Shown: in pieces, positions 14,820-28,094 of the stretch
Numbering within the stretch: position 1 is the first letter of the stretch
Layout of the letters: each line of letters begins with the position of its first letter
Origin: Paramecium tetraurelia
Taxonomy: Eukaryota
Length of the DNA: 64,000 nucleotides
Direction: 5' to 3'
Assembly: GCA_000165425.1 (NCBI GenBank)
Contig: CT868208.1
Location: 1-64,000, forward strand
Made by a program: the position numbers and the translations under genes
Notes under the pieces: model-generated
Told to the model about the DNA's origin: nothing
Database searches by the model: none
Seen by the model: the letters and a program-made list of their open reading frames with translations, nothing else

Positions 14820-16455
14820 ATGAGCAAGTTAAACTATGTATTTAAGCCGTTATTTATTGACACCACTGAGTATAGTTACATGGATGGCAAGACTGAGAAA
14901 TCATTCACAATAAAAAATAAACTAGAAACAAAAAATGGAAAAGGAAAAATGTAATAAAGTGAACCGCTTGCCTAATTTAAGGTATTTTGTCTTTGAATAA
15001 AATAAAGAACGATACGATGAAATAAAGCAATAATAGAGCTTAAACCAGTAGGTGGCTGAGGTAATCTTCTTTTGCAAAAAATTCAACAATAAATTCCAAT
15101 ACGCCACTAAATAATTGTATAATAAAAACAGAAAGTAGAATGGAAGATGAAATTATTATATCAAACAGCAGGAACACTTCTGAAAAAAGAAATATCAACA
15201 TTCCCCCATTAAATTACGTTGATTTTAATGTACACGTTCTATATAACCATAGTATAATAGATTTCAGTGATGAATGGAGAAGGGAGCTATTCATTTTATA
15301 AAGCTTTAAAACTAATAAACAAAGATTAACTATTAATGAGAAAGAAAAAGAAGTCTGCTTAAAACTCAAAAACTGTTTCAACTTAAGAGAATGAAATAAC
15401 TTAATTTGAACAATTAGAGAATTAACACCCTAAAGATATGATGGAAAAAATAAGTAAAATGCTTGCTATCAATGAAAGATATACTCCAGTTAGAAAACAA
15501 AGTCGAACAAGGGAGACTTTTACAAGGAATTTAAAATTTTTAGATTAATCATTTTAAGAATCGACGTCACCGGATAAAAAATTATAATCCGTCATTTAAA
15601 ATTATTTTGATAAAAAAAAAGCACATGAGGAAGAATAAAATAAATAATAAGAAATCACCTTAACTTAGCTTTCAGAGTAAACGAGACCAAATAAAAATAA
15701 CAATAGAATGAGAATATCTACAACTTTTTTAAAATAATTGGTTCATTAAGTAGATGAAGAATAAAAACAAAAATAAACTAAATTTTAAAACAACAATTTT
15801 TAATCACTTAAATCATCCTAATTCAAAGATAAAATTAAAAAAAAATAAAATGCCATATTTAGTATCCAAGTTAGATTAATATTTAAAAAAATGTTTAATT
15901 AGATTCTGAATTGCGTCAGAAAAATGAAATTAATGAAATTAACACTAAAAGAAATATTTCAAAATGGAGTCATCTAAAAGAAGGCATATGAAAGAGAAGG
16001 CTCATTCTAATTTTTTGAGGGAATAGAAGATGATAATCTATAACTTATAAATTTTATGCTCTTAAAATGTAGATATTATGCATTCGATATAAACGAAGAA
16101 GGAAAAACACCTTTACATATAAGTTCAAAAAAAGGATTCTCATAAATAACAGAAAGATTACTTTAATCCGGGGCCTATATTGATTCTGTAGATAAGGATG
16201 GCAAAACTCCATTATATTATGCTATATAATCTTAGCAAAAACAGACAGTTTTGCTTCTATTATATTATAAAGCCAATCCATGGTCCATTAATAATTGTAA
16301 ATATCAATGCAGCAATACAGATATTATGCATTTGATAAAGATATCAAGATAAGTAAATTTAATTTTATACTTAGATTCATCTTATACTGCTTTTAACAAA
16401 ATATAGTGATAGAGATAGACAATGGTAGGAATCAAGAAAAAAATTACTGTGTTGA
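14820..16455 (+). CDS. Ankyrin-repeat protein (repeats at the C-terminus)
   Basis: DINEEGKTPLHISSKKGFSQITERLLQSGAYIDSVDKDGKTPLYYAI...KANPW near 16085-16290. Three tiny introns. TGA at 16453-16455. Confidence 0.8.
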
Positions 16456-16847
16456 TTATATTTATTATTAAAGTTCAAATTATTTACTTAAAAAAACTAA
16501 TGTATCCAGTATTTTATAAAAGATACTTTTTCTTTTGCACTTAATACTTCTTACTAAAATTGTAAATAACTATAGATAAATAATTGGAACATCCAAATAA
16601 TACCTCAAAATAACCAAATGATCTCTAATTAATTTTCTGATCTCAAAAACCTTATTCTATTATTAACAAAATAAAAGGTTTTAATCAAAATTAATATATA
16701 ATACTTTACATTACCAGGCTTTATTGATTCATAAAGATATAAAAAAATTCATATTTATTATTTTAATAATTTTTAATAAGATATATCTAGTTGTGTATGT
16801 TTAAAATAATTAAACAAAATCAAAAATTATCAATAAATCAAGTTTAC

Positions 16848-17491
16848 TCAGGGCATTTCTATTTCTCCATACTACAGTAATTTCTTTTCGTACATCAAAT
16901 AGTCATGATCCGAAATGAACAATTAATGATCCATTAATTCTAAAAATTCTAATTCAAGAACTAAAATCTCTTTTGTGCTAACTCCTCCGACTTTTGCATA
17001 ATATTCATTTTTATAATATTCATCATCCTAAAACTTTATAGCTATCACAATAGAAATCAGCAGAAATCTGATAAATTAAAAAGGATACCTATGTATGCAT
17101 TTTGAATTGAGTACAAAGTAAGGATGTTTTTCTTACAACCTGTCCAAATAAATTAATGCGATTACAATACATCCTTCACTACAATTGGTGTATTTTGATA
17201 TTCTTTATAAGTAATTGTATATTGATATTGATGGTGCTTTTGTTGCATGGAAATAGGATATTTAATCTTACTCTATTTCTAGAGCATCAGTTTGTTTAAT
17301 TATTTCATCCAAAATGTCGGCTATTGTAGTAAGTATCTGATTATGTCGGTGCATTAATAGATATTATTTTCAATATAAATATTTCATAACTCATTAATCG
17401 AATCTCTTTTTAATAAACTTATTTCTGTAATACTGCTCAACTCATTTTTGGATACATAAGAATGTCTTCCACAAATTCTCGTTTTTGCCAT
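16848..17491 (-). CDS. PHO80-like / U-type cyclin; 5' end uncertain
   Basis: FHATKAPSISIYNYLQRISKYTNCSEGCIVIALIYLDRL...IHRFLLISIVIAIKFQDDEYYKNEYYAKVGGV...LELEFL. 21-nt intron at 17068-17088. Start is either ATG 17354 or ATG 17491 (see findings). Confidence 0.85.
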
Positions 17492-17725
17492 AATAATCAA
17501 ACAAAAGAAATTGTTCCTGCCCCTTCATATGTTTAATCACCTATTTTAGGTTATAAAGAACTAATCAATATTTACGAAATGTTTTATCCACGAATTAAAA
17601 TTTTATAATTAACAATTTTATCAATGGATTTCTCTTCTCAATACTTTCCCCTTTTCTTATCTTTATATAAATAATCATAACTATTAAATTAAGATAAATT
17701 AATCTCTGTCCATATTTTTCGTTAT

Positions 17726-17752
17726 NNNNNNNNNNNNNNNNNNNNNNNNNNN
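17726..17752. other. Assembly gap (27 N)
   Basis: Run of n characters. Confidence 1.
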
Positions 17753-18001
17753 AATGATACATAAATCAATTCATTCTCATTATTGAAATCGATGCCTGGA
17801 TCAACTGATAAATAAGATGTAATTGAAATTAATCATTCTACATGTAATATATCATTTGAAGTTGAGAATAGTTCTCATCAGAATAAAATAGTATACGAAA
17901 TCTATATGATCAACAGTAATCAAACTCCCTTATGTGATATCTCAAAATAGTTAAATCTAACAAAAAACCTCTAAATTCAGCCAAGTTTAATTTGTAAATG
18001 A
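17753..18001 (+). CDS. Possible coding fragment next to the gap
   Basis: About 80 open codons under table 6 (…LKSMPGSTDKQDVIEINHSTC…); no recognisable domain. Confidence 0.25.
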
Positions 18002-18786
18002 ATTAAAATAAGTGAAAAGGTATTCTAAAATAGTAAGTTCCGAATAGTCTATTTAGTATAAAAATTCTTAAAATGATAATGTTATTGAAAAATAATTAAT
18101 TTCATTTAACATATAATAATTAAAGTAAATAAACTAAAATTTAATTCAGACTAATAATTGAATTATATTTAAGGTATTTCTGATTATTAATAAACTAATT
18201 TATAGATACATGTGATTAAATATAATGAATAAAGAATCTATTTTAGTTTATTAAAATTCTTATGCTTTTATCATTATTTTAAATATATAAATTGTTTCTA
18301 AATTTAACTTCAAATTGGTTAAACGTTAATTAGCTTTAGATGATAACTATTTTTTTTTTACCTCAACTTGAAAATAATATTTTATCAAATCATGAATTAT
18401 AATCCTCATAGTTAAAATAAAGGAAAGGGAAGTATTCTCCAGGGTATTTCAAGCTATTATATTTGATATAGATTAATAAATAATTTTATTAATTAGTTTT
18501 TACATAAATATTAATAAATAGTTTGGAGATACTTTATCAATATTTTCAAAGATATTAGCCTAACAAAGACATGGATTACAATATTACAGATTTAATGATT
18601 AAATTGACTAGTAGAAATAGGAGATCAGCAAATAAGTCGTTTAAATTAACTTTTTTAATAAATATTGTAGGAACAATAAGTTATATAATTTAGAATAAGA
18701 TAACATTTCATAAAGTGATCTAAGTTGTCTCGAATGGTAATAGTGTTAGAGTAATTTATTTTAAATTAAAATCTTTAGTATTTAAA

Positions 18787-19400
18787 ATGATAATTAAAGT
18801 TGGTCACCTCAATGGTGAGGTTAGACTATATGATTTAGCTGACTTTTGCACAGCTAAAGAGTTGATGATGATGATTCAATCAGAAACCTAGTGTGAAATC
18901 TCTTTGGTGAGTAATGGGGAAAATGTTGCAGCATCTGCTTTATTAGGTAAAGACATTATAAAATATTGATAGGCGGCGAAAGCATCTATTATGTGAATGT
19001 AGATGCAGAAGGAGGTAAAAAGAAGAAGAAAAAGAAGAAGAATTTTGCTAAACCCAAGAAGAAGAAGCATAGACACCGAAAGGTTAAATTGGCAACACTT
19101 AAGCTTTATACTGTAGATGGTAAAGGCTTAGTTTAGAGATCACATAAATAATGCCCATAATGTCCTCAAGGAGTTTATATGGCAAAACATTTTGATAGAC
19201 ACTATTGTGGTACATGTCATTAAACATTCAGAATGGATGAAGCAACAGTAAGATGTGTCTTATATCTATAGATTAAAGCAAATTTAGAAGCAATAAAAAA
19301 ATAATAGGCAGCCAAAGCAGCCGCGGCAGCAGCAGCAGCTCCAGCAGGAGGAGCAGCAGCTGGAGGAGCAGCAGGTGGTAAGAAAGGAAAGAAAAAGTGA
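18787..19400 (+). CDS. RPS27A: 40S ribosomal protein eS31 (S27a) fused to a divergent ubiquitin-like domain
   Basis: ...VNVDAEGG-KKKKKKKNFAKPKKKKHRHRKVKLATLKLYTVD...[22 protein letters not shown]. Two tiny introns. Ala/Gly-rich tail. TGA at 19398-19400. Confidence 0.95.
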
Positions 19401-19437
19401 TCATCAGTATAATAATATTAAATATATCATCTAATAA

Positions 19438-21119
19438 TCATTATTTAGCACTCCATAAAGAAATTGAATTTCTGGATAAAATTTGTGGTTATATTTTCTT
19501 ATCACTTTTAAGATGCTCCTTCGATTAGGTGTGTAACTAATTAACTTTTTCATTCAAGCATTCAATTACTGAAATTAGAAGCATGTTTTATTGTTTTTCT
19601 GCATGAATTCTACTTACTTAATAATTTGTATCAATTAATTTTTCAAGTTCGAATTTCAATTTCTTATTATCTTCTTATAATTAAGATGTCTAATATTATA
19701 GAAATAAGTTATTTACAATTTGTATATGTTATATATTAGTATCCTTCTCTTTATTTATTTTAGCCTCAAGTGTTTTAATTTTTTAATCATATAAAATTTC
19801 CTTTTATTATAACTATTACTCTTTTTGTTATATTTATAATTAAAACTCCTAAATTGTCTATTCCGAATAATAGCCACCTATGTTATCATTAAGCAAAGTT
19901 TTAAATTCAGAATCCAAGCATCTAGGACTTTATTGATAATGAACTGAAGATCTTTAGGTTTCTTGTCTCTCTGTCTAAATAGTATCTACTTATATTTTCA
20001 ATTCATTTAGTTTTTGATGCAATTAATGAATTTCCTTATTTTTACTCCTCTAAGTATCTTCGATTTCTTATTTCAATTACTCATTCTGCATTTCCAACTC
20101 TACTAATTTGCTGCATTCTTTTTATTAATTTTAATTAGTTTGTTTCATTTAATCCTACAACTTACTAATTTTTGTATCTTTTTAATCCATCTACTATTTT
20201 AGTATTTCAATATTTGTTTTTAATTCCTCTATAACTTTATCTTATTTGCATCTTTATGCTAGTTCTTACTACAATTGTAGATTGATATTTTCTAAATTTG
20301 AATAATTTTATAATTTATGCTATAACCTAAATTGTTTTGAAACTATAAATACATTTTCGTTTTATTCTGATAATTTCTTTTTTGTCTTTATTGATTGTTG
20401 TTAATTGTAATTTTAGTTTTTCTATTAAAGTTCCTTGGATAAAACTCCTCTTCTATATGAATGTTTTTTCTGCAGTTCTAAATATATGGCATAAATATTA
20501 CATAGTTTTAACTCAGAAATTTCATTTTCTTTTTAAACTAATAATTGTTCCTATTACTTAATTTTGTTAAAATGTTAAGCCTATTGCTAATCCTGCTTTT
20601 CTAGCAATTATTTTAATTATTAATTCTCATCCTCCAACTCATCTATTTTATCAAGCAACTTTCGATCAGATGGTTAATGATTCCCAACTTCTTCTTCTTA
20701 ATATTCATTAATGAATTATAAAATATTTTGCACTTATTCTTCTTCCAATTTCAATATAGCTTCTTATGCTAATTAAGATTCAATCATAATCTATTATATG
20801 ATCACATATGTACTTTGATTATTATTGAAATCAACTTAATGATTTCAGCAGTATCTTAGTGTTTTGCAATCAATAAACTGTTAATCTCAGGCAAATTGGG
20901 AATTGATTATTTCAAATTTTAAACCAAGTTCGTTACACACAACATATCCATTTGGAAATTTTTTTAAGGAGAAGATTAAACTTTTTGAGGGTAAACTTCT
21001 GGATTCAATTTATTAAGCAAATTAGTTAAAATTCTACCATCACTTAAATCTTTTAAAGTGGTACCTTCTGGCACACTGACCAAATATCCAATCCATTTCA
21101 ATATAGCATTATGTGACAT
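19438..21119 (-). CDS. Hook-like protein: N-terminal Hook/CH-like domain plus long coiled coil
   Basis: MSHNAILKWI...LKDLSDGRILTNLLNKLNPE...LPEINSLLIAKHQDTAEIIKLI...ILKLEEEQVQNILQFINE resembles the Hook N-terminal domain; a Q/E/K-rich coiled coil follows. Confidence 0.65.
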
Positions 21120-21648
21120 TTTTGAAATTTAATAATATTAATAATTAACGAATATAGTCATTTCAGATTCTCTATTTTTGTCAAAGCAAAATGATCTAAT
21201 AATAATAATAATAAATTTGTGAGATATAACATTATCCATAGATAATTATAAGTAAATAATACCAAATAAGAAAACTACTTTGTGATTTATTGATTATGTT
21301 TTTTTTTTGAACAATTATTGAACCTAATGAAAAATTGCAATAATAATGATTCATACATAATTTTTTTATTAATTTCCATAAAGAAGTGGTGAATTTTATA
21401 AAAGATTAATTTTAAAGTTTATAATTATCAGAATAGTATTTAAATGTTTTGGTTATGGTTTTCTAAAAGTCTGAGGTTGAAGTAGTGAAATTCACAGTTT
21501 GAAATGTGAGTATATAGCGAAATCTAAGAAATTTTAATAAAACAGCTTCAATGTCAAGAATTCGTATATTTTATAATTATTAAAGCATTTGATAATAAAA
21601 AGTTGTGAATAGCAGAAATTGTAGAATAATTAATATTTATTTGTTATT

Positions 21649-23592
21649 ATGAAATAGATGCTTTCATAAAGCTTCGTTTAAGAAGTCCTTCCTACTCTAT
21701 TTCGAGTATAATCAGAACGTCCGAATCCTGATTAAAAATAATAAGTCTAGAAGGAAAGATAAGGAAAGGATCTTTATTCCTTAATAGTGGATCAGCAGAT
21801 GATTAAAGCGATAGAAATAATAGAGACATTTAAGGAAGAAGATCATGGATCGATATATAAAAAACATATTGTAAACTATGTTATTTAAATAAAAACTGAT
21901 TATTTTGATTACACCATTCCTAAAAGATATTCAGAGTTTGAGAAATTGCATGAATAAGTAAGTCTTAAAATTAAATATAGTTACATTCTTAATTAAAAAC
22001 AATGCCGAAGTTCCCATAGAAAACATTAATTTAAACGAATTCAAGGAAAATCATAGCTTAAAGATAGGCTCTGCTTCAACGTAAACAATAACATTATTAA
22101 TAAGAGTTTTTGCAACATTTGCTATAAAATTTAGATCATACTATGTATATCTTTTTGGAATTCTTAAATATTAAAGGTATAATTAATTTGTAATAATAAA
22201 AAGAATAATTTTAAAAGGGTGGATTTGATTAAAATGTTAAACTGTATCATTTCAGTAAGGAAGAAAACGCATTAAGGGATCTCGTCGATACAAGTCCTAA
22301 GAAAATATAGCCAAAGAATGAGCCAGAACAAATGATTATCCATTACCTGATAAAGTTGAATGAGAAAATAGATGAGAGAGGCAAAATCTTTTAGTATTAA
22401 TTAAACGATTAATTAGAAAAATGGAAAAATATTGTTTTGGTAAAATCTAATAGGTATCCTCAACAATGCTGAAAGTGCTATTTACAGGAGATGATGAAAG
22501 AGAATTAAAGGGAATAATCCAAGCATTGTCTATCCAAAACAATGATATCTAAAGTCATATTAGTTGTATCATGGGTTTTTAGTTCTTTCGCAAAGTTCTG
22601 GAATATGATTATAATCCAAGTAAATCATAATGGTAAAGTAGATGCTGAATAGGCTCTCAAGTAGTTTGGAGAAATCAGTATCAAACAATTTAAAAAGATC
22701 ATGATTTAGTCACATATTTGTGGATAATAAAAGCTTTGTAAATAGGATGCATTAATTTTGTTACATAAATATATCAATCAGAATTAATTAAAGGATCAAA
22801 TGATAAAGTACTTGATTGATGATAATGAATGCTTACAAGAGTATGAATAATTCCTGAAGACTCACGTTAACAAGAATATTGACGAAGTTAAAGTAACCAT
22901 AGAGAGCACCGAGAATCTCTAAGAACCTTTGCAAACAAAATCTAATTCGTCGGAAAATTCAATATTAGAATAAGAAGCTACAATTGAATAACTATATGAA
23001 ATCAGTTAAATGAATTTAAATTGGAAGTTAGTCTAAGGTATTTATAAAATAGAATATTATAAGAATTTGATAATCACTTAATGTATCATTTATCCGGATA
23101 ATATGTAAAAACAGTCCATCCTTTAATATGTTCAATTGAAAGAGCTATCACTATATTCACAGATCTAAAAATTTAATGGTTTCATGGAATGATACAAAAA
23201 GATGTCCTCGAAGAATATGATTAATTTAGAAGTTTAATTGTTGAATATTATGTTTGGGAAGACAAATCAACCTTTAAGAAAATGGCTTTTGTTAGTGAAT
23301 AGGAAATTTAAAAAATAGACGACTTTCTTTATTAAATTACTATTATTCCTAGCACTAAACCTTTACCAGCCAACTATAAAATCAAATGTGATTAAAAAGG
23401 TATTGTAATTATAAATCTCTAGGATAGAAGATGAGTTTGATGTTTCTGAAAAAGATAACAGATAATTCTGCTGAAGCTATTGTCTATTAAAATATAATGG
23501 ATAAAACATTTAGAACAGCTTTAACTCCTGTTATTTTAAAAGAAATTCCATGGTTTAATCACACAATAACTAAATTAAAAGCTCTTTTATGA
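21649..23592 (+). CDS. PX-domain protein with a probable C-terminal START-like domain
   Basis: PX motif VNYVIQI...KRYSEFEKLHEQLHSQLKTMPKFPQK...QRQALLQ. The C-terminal ~200 aa (WKLVQG...CSIERAITIFTDLKIQWF...VEYYVWEDK...FVSE) are START-like. Several tiny introns. Confidence 0.7.
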
Positions 23593-23773
23593 TATATTAC
23601 TTACACTAATATATTATGTATTTTATTATACTTAATTAAGTATATATAACTATCTTCCCACAACTAATATAACAGTTACTAAAATGGACATTATTAAATA
23701 AATATGATAGTGTATTGATTATATTATTATTTTGAGAAATCAATATTGATGAATTTTTGTTTATTTATATTTT

Positions 23774-24068
23774 TCATTTAGACAATTGAGGAAATTCTTA
23801 ATTGTATTTTTTTTAATTTCTTAGGATTGTTTAATTTGAGAGTATTCTAGCTTTCGCTTCCTCATATGATTGTTGCTTTAATTTAAGACGATCATCTAAA
23901 ACCTGTTCATGATTAGCTGATTATTCTGATGTTAATTCCTATTTATCAATGTTAGTTTATGGCTTCTTCACTAATACCTTCTTCGGTTAAGCGGCTGTCA
24001 TTTAACTTTATTGATATGATCAGGTACCTTCTTTCTATTTTTAAATCTGCCTTTTCATTATTATACAT
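23774..24068 (-). CDS. Small SUZ-like protein (~90 aa)
   Basis: MYNNEK...PKKVLVKKP...LDDRLKLKQQSYEEAKARILS...QEFPQLSK*, one 22-nt intron. YEEAKARIL matches the SUZ motif. Confidence 0.55.
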
Positions 24069-24572
24069 ACTGAAATATATATTAATATATTTTATATTTT
24101 AAAAATGCCTCCTTAATTTTCAAATTGCTATGAATTTTAATTAGTTTCTAAAAATAAATTAATTGGTTTATAAATTTCATTATAAATTCCTTTAAATCTC
24201 AATACATTAAGCTATATTCAAAAATAGCACGACCAATATAAAGATTATATGGAATCATTTTTAAATTTTAAATAGCACTCAAAAGCATCCAAGATGTATT
24301 CTTGTATTTTTGCATTGTATTTGTTACTTGGCTATTATAGTTCTAAGTGTATATAATTATGAATGTTGGCGGTTTAGACCCAATTATTAAAATATATAAT
24401 TAAAACTAGAATGAGTTCAATAATCACCAAGAATATTTTTAAATATATTTGGAGTTATTAGTATGAATCAGTGAAAATATAATCAGCTGGAATAATAGGC
24501 TAATTTTATTTCAATTTAATTGATAAATATAATGACTAATTACATAGATAATTAATAATTAAATTTTTAAAA

Positions 24573-26432
24573 TCAGACTAGAGTTAATTTTTTACTTGTT
24601 ATATCTATGTACGCAGAGTTTTTAGATTAAATGCCATCTGGATGTTTTTAAAAAATGTAATGTAAATCTGAATCAATATAGAAGTTAGAAATGGATTCAA
24701 ATTTTTATCCACATTTTGGACAACAAATTTATTCCAAATTTCCTACCTTCATCTAGTATTCTTCAAGTGATTCCTTATCAAAACAATCATAATGATTAAT
24801 ACATTTAGTGCATCTTACTGGTACTTTGATTTGATTTGATGTTAATATACACTAAATATTAAATGATTAATTACTTTTAAATTTAATTTATACATATTGA
24901 TTGCAACTCCCCAACATTTGGATTCTTGAATGTTTATTTTTTTTATGTGCACATATCCTTACCCATCTCCATTTTATTATTATTTTAAAAACTACTGATA
25001 TGCTTAGACAGTTCTTTAATAAAATGGATTTTATAAGAAGAATTTCATCATCTTAACATCGATGTAGATCTAATCAATAAATTTAAGTGGAGGCTTAACT
25101 GTAGCAGAGAATGGTGAATTGCAAAGGGGACATTCTTTTTAAACTTTTTTAACACCTTCAACATCCTTCTCATTTTTAACTTAATTCAATATACAAGCTA
25201 AATAACGCAAATCTGTCACTTTTAAACCTATACAATTTCTACATCTAGCTGGTAATTCTATGCCATAATTAGTTATTGGACAAATTACCAATAAATCATC
25301 AAGATTTGGAATCTTGGTATTTTGTAATTTCAAAAATGATTCTGTCTACTTTTTATTGTTCTCATTATTAACAAATATAGATTCAGCTATTTCATATATC
25401 TTATTTAAATATTCCAAATTAGCTTCCAAGGACTTCCCTACTTTATATGAAAGAATGATATCGTCTCTTTGTCTATGATACAACATCTCACTCAGTTTCT
25501 GGATATTTGGTATATATGTGAAGTTAATTGAAAAACTTAGTCCTTCTCTTCCTGCCTATAATAACTGGAAGTCTATCTAAATAGATTCTGGAGATTTCAA
25601 ATCAAACACTGATTGACAACCGTACATTATACAATTCATCGTTTTAGATTCTGACTCAAATAAATGTTTATGCAAAGCGATCAAGTCATATGATTCATAA
25701 TGAACACATTTCGTACCTCTTACAGGTATATTGACTCTTACCTATGATATGAGACACACATTCACAAAATCACAACCAGTATAATCATTGAGCTTCTTTG
25801 AGATTGCAATAAATTGATTCTCTTCTCTGGGTTATTGAAGTAGGATGGGCTCAATCCCAAAATTCTCTTCATGATAGTGTTGGTTAAAGTAAGTTTAATA
25901 TTTCCCTTTATAAAATGGAATTATTAACTTTTATTTGTGGTAATAAATAATATCTTTTGGATAAATACCTACCTGCTTCCTTAGATTATAGATAAATATA
26001 TGAGGTCGAAGAATTTCTTTTAAAATATCAATGGTGTTTGCTAGTTTTGGAATTTTAATTTAGTCTTTGCAAGAAGGACATATCACTTTTGCTTACTTAT
26101 TGTTCACAATATTAATATAAACTATCAACTACTCTAAATCAAAGTAATCATCAAAATGTTTTTTATTATTGATACATTGAGTAAAAGAAACCTAATAATC
26201 TATATTTTATATTTACAGGCACTTTCACCTTCTGTCTAGATACACAACATTCAAAAACTATATTCATTGATTAAGTTATCTTGAATTGGGATTCAATCCA
26301 AGCTTTTTAATTATTCTATTCCTATTCTAATCTATCTGAAGCAAATTGACTAAATTCTTAAATCAGGTTTCTAAGTATATCTTTGAATTATTATTAATCC
26401 ATCTTTGGTTCCACAACTTGATTTGCTTACAT
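24573..26432 (-). CDS. Protein with four SP-RING (zf-MIZ)-like fingers; putative SUMO E3-related
   Basis: Four units of the form C..(s/t)....P.(R)...C..(H)...(F/Y)D ... C(P)..C; for example LKCILTSNQIKVPVRCTKCINHYDCFD...CCPKCG. ATG at 26432, TGA at 24575-24573. Confidence 0.75.
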
Positions 26433-27016
26433 TTTATTTTTAATATTAAAAAATCAATTTTCATTTACTCAATTTTAAGCCAACTTTATAAAAATGCAAA
26501 AACTAACAAAATACAGGCCAAAATCTATTAGACTGATTTTAATTTTGACATATTTTTAAACTCTATAACATAAATAATATTAGAGTTGAGGTATATCTAT
26601 ATTCCTAAAACATGCTTTAAATCATATATATTAATTTTTGTTCGATTCTAAGCAATTGGCAACACATAAGCATTGACAAAATATAATTTTTTCTTAAATA
26701 GATTAATACAAAAATAAATATAATTAAATTTATAATTCTATTATCGATAGTAACAAAAGATAAGTAAAGTATTTTCTTAGCATTAATAGAATTTCTTATT
26801 TAATTTAAATAACAATTATTACTTGGAATGATTGTCAAACCTATTTAATTCTGGTTGTTGATGTATTAAATAAAAAGGAGATAACTAAATTAAACAAAGT
26901 AGAATATAACTTAAATGATCAAATAGAAATAGGATATAATTTAAGTAATTATGTTATTCAGACTTTGATTTAAAAGTAGGTTGAATTTATAGATTTCTTA
27001 TATAAAATCATATTCA

Positions 27017-28094
27017 TCAAAATAGAGTTTATTGATTGCCAGCCAGTGCTAATCCAAATGTTGATATTTCTTTTCTCTCGGATGTTACAAATCCTAAAGT
27101 GTCTTATCTTTTAATTGTATTAACCTTTTGAATAGGATTAATTTGAGGTTTGACTATTCCTGAATTAACTTTGGCTTAAATATTTTTATAATTGTTTTTT
27201 TCTCTTTTTTATTCGAGTTTCAAAAATCCTTGTCTTATCAATTAATCTGAGTTTTCACTAACCTTTTTTGAGACCTATTATTTTAATCTACTAAGAGTGT
27301 TTTTCCCAAATTACAGAGCTGTAGATCTTCTTAGAAATTATCTCTCGCTTACTTCATTTTCAGTTTAAACTTAGATAAGAATTAAATTATACTCTGTTTA
27401 TTTTCATGACGATTAGCTAACCATGAAAAAGCAACTCCAGCAGTAAATTTAGATTAAATTTTTTCCATTATTTTATTTTCAGCCAAAGTTTCAGTTTCTA
27501 AAGTCTTTATTTATTTTTCTTCTTTGATTTCTCTACTACAGTCCTATGATTATTTGGGCAATTCATCTGAAGTCTTTTGACGTACTATAATAGTTCCTTT
27601 CTTTGATTATTTGGGAGTAGCACTCACTTGTCGTTACTATTTTAATTTTCTGCGGATCACGTTGAATATGGGCTCTAACTTTGCTGCTTTTAATTTTAAT
27701 TAAGCTATCATCATTTCATCCTTTCTTTCTAAAATTTTATCAATTAATTGTATTCTAATTTAATTAAAAAAAAGTAAAACCTCTCATCTGCAGAGTTCAA
27801 GGTTTTTAATGATGCAATGATTTATTTTTTATCATTAAAATCTGATAATGTATTGTAGGCTTCTTAAACTCTCAATTTTTTCAGATTAATCGATTGAGAC
27901 TGATTGGAATCATTTCTTATATGCTAAGTCCTTCTCTCTACTTCAACAACATTTTAATGTCTTTAAAAGTTGATTGTTCTATGAGTAATTGGAGATTAAA
28001 CAATAACTTCTTTTTTAGCTTAACCAAAGAGAGGATCTAATATTTTTTTAGCCGTATAATGAGGTCTGTCTAACATAAGTTTATGGAAGCTCAT
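27017..28094 (-). CDS. Hypothetical protein
   Basis: MSFHKLMLDRPHYTAKKILDPLFG... through ...STFGLALAGNQQTLF*; open under table 6 with tiny introns. Confidence 0.65.

Noticed and set aside
19401..19437. Near-overlap of the RPS27A and Hook-like stop codons
   Set aside because: Rechecking the frame puts the Hook-like stop at 19440-19438, leaving an ordinary 37-bp convergent gap.
24105..24475. Small + strand gene between the SUZ-like and SP-RING genes
   Set aside because: Partly open frames exist on both strands, but I found no consistent start, intron and stop model.
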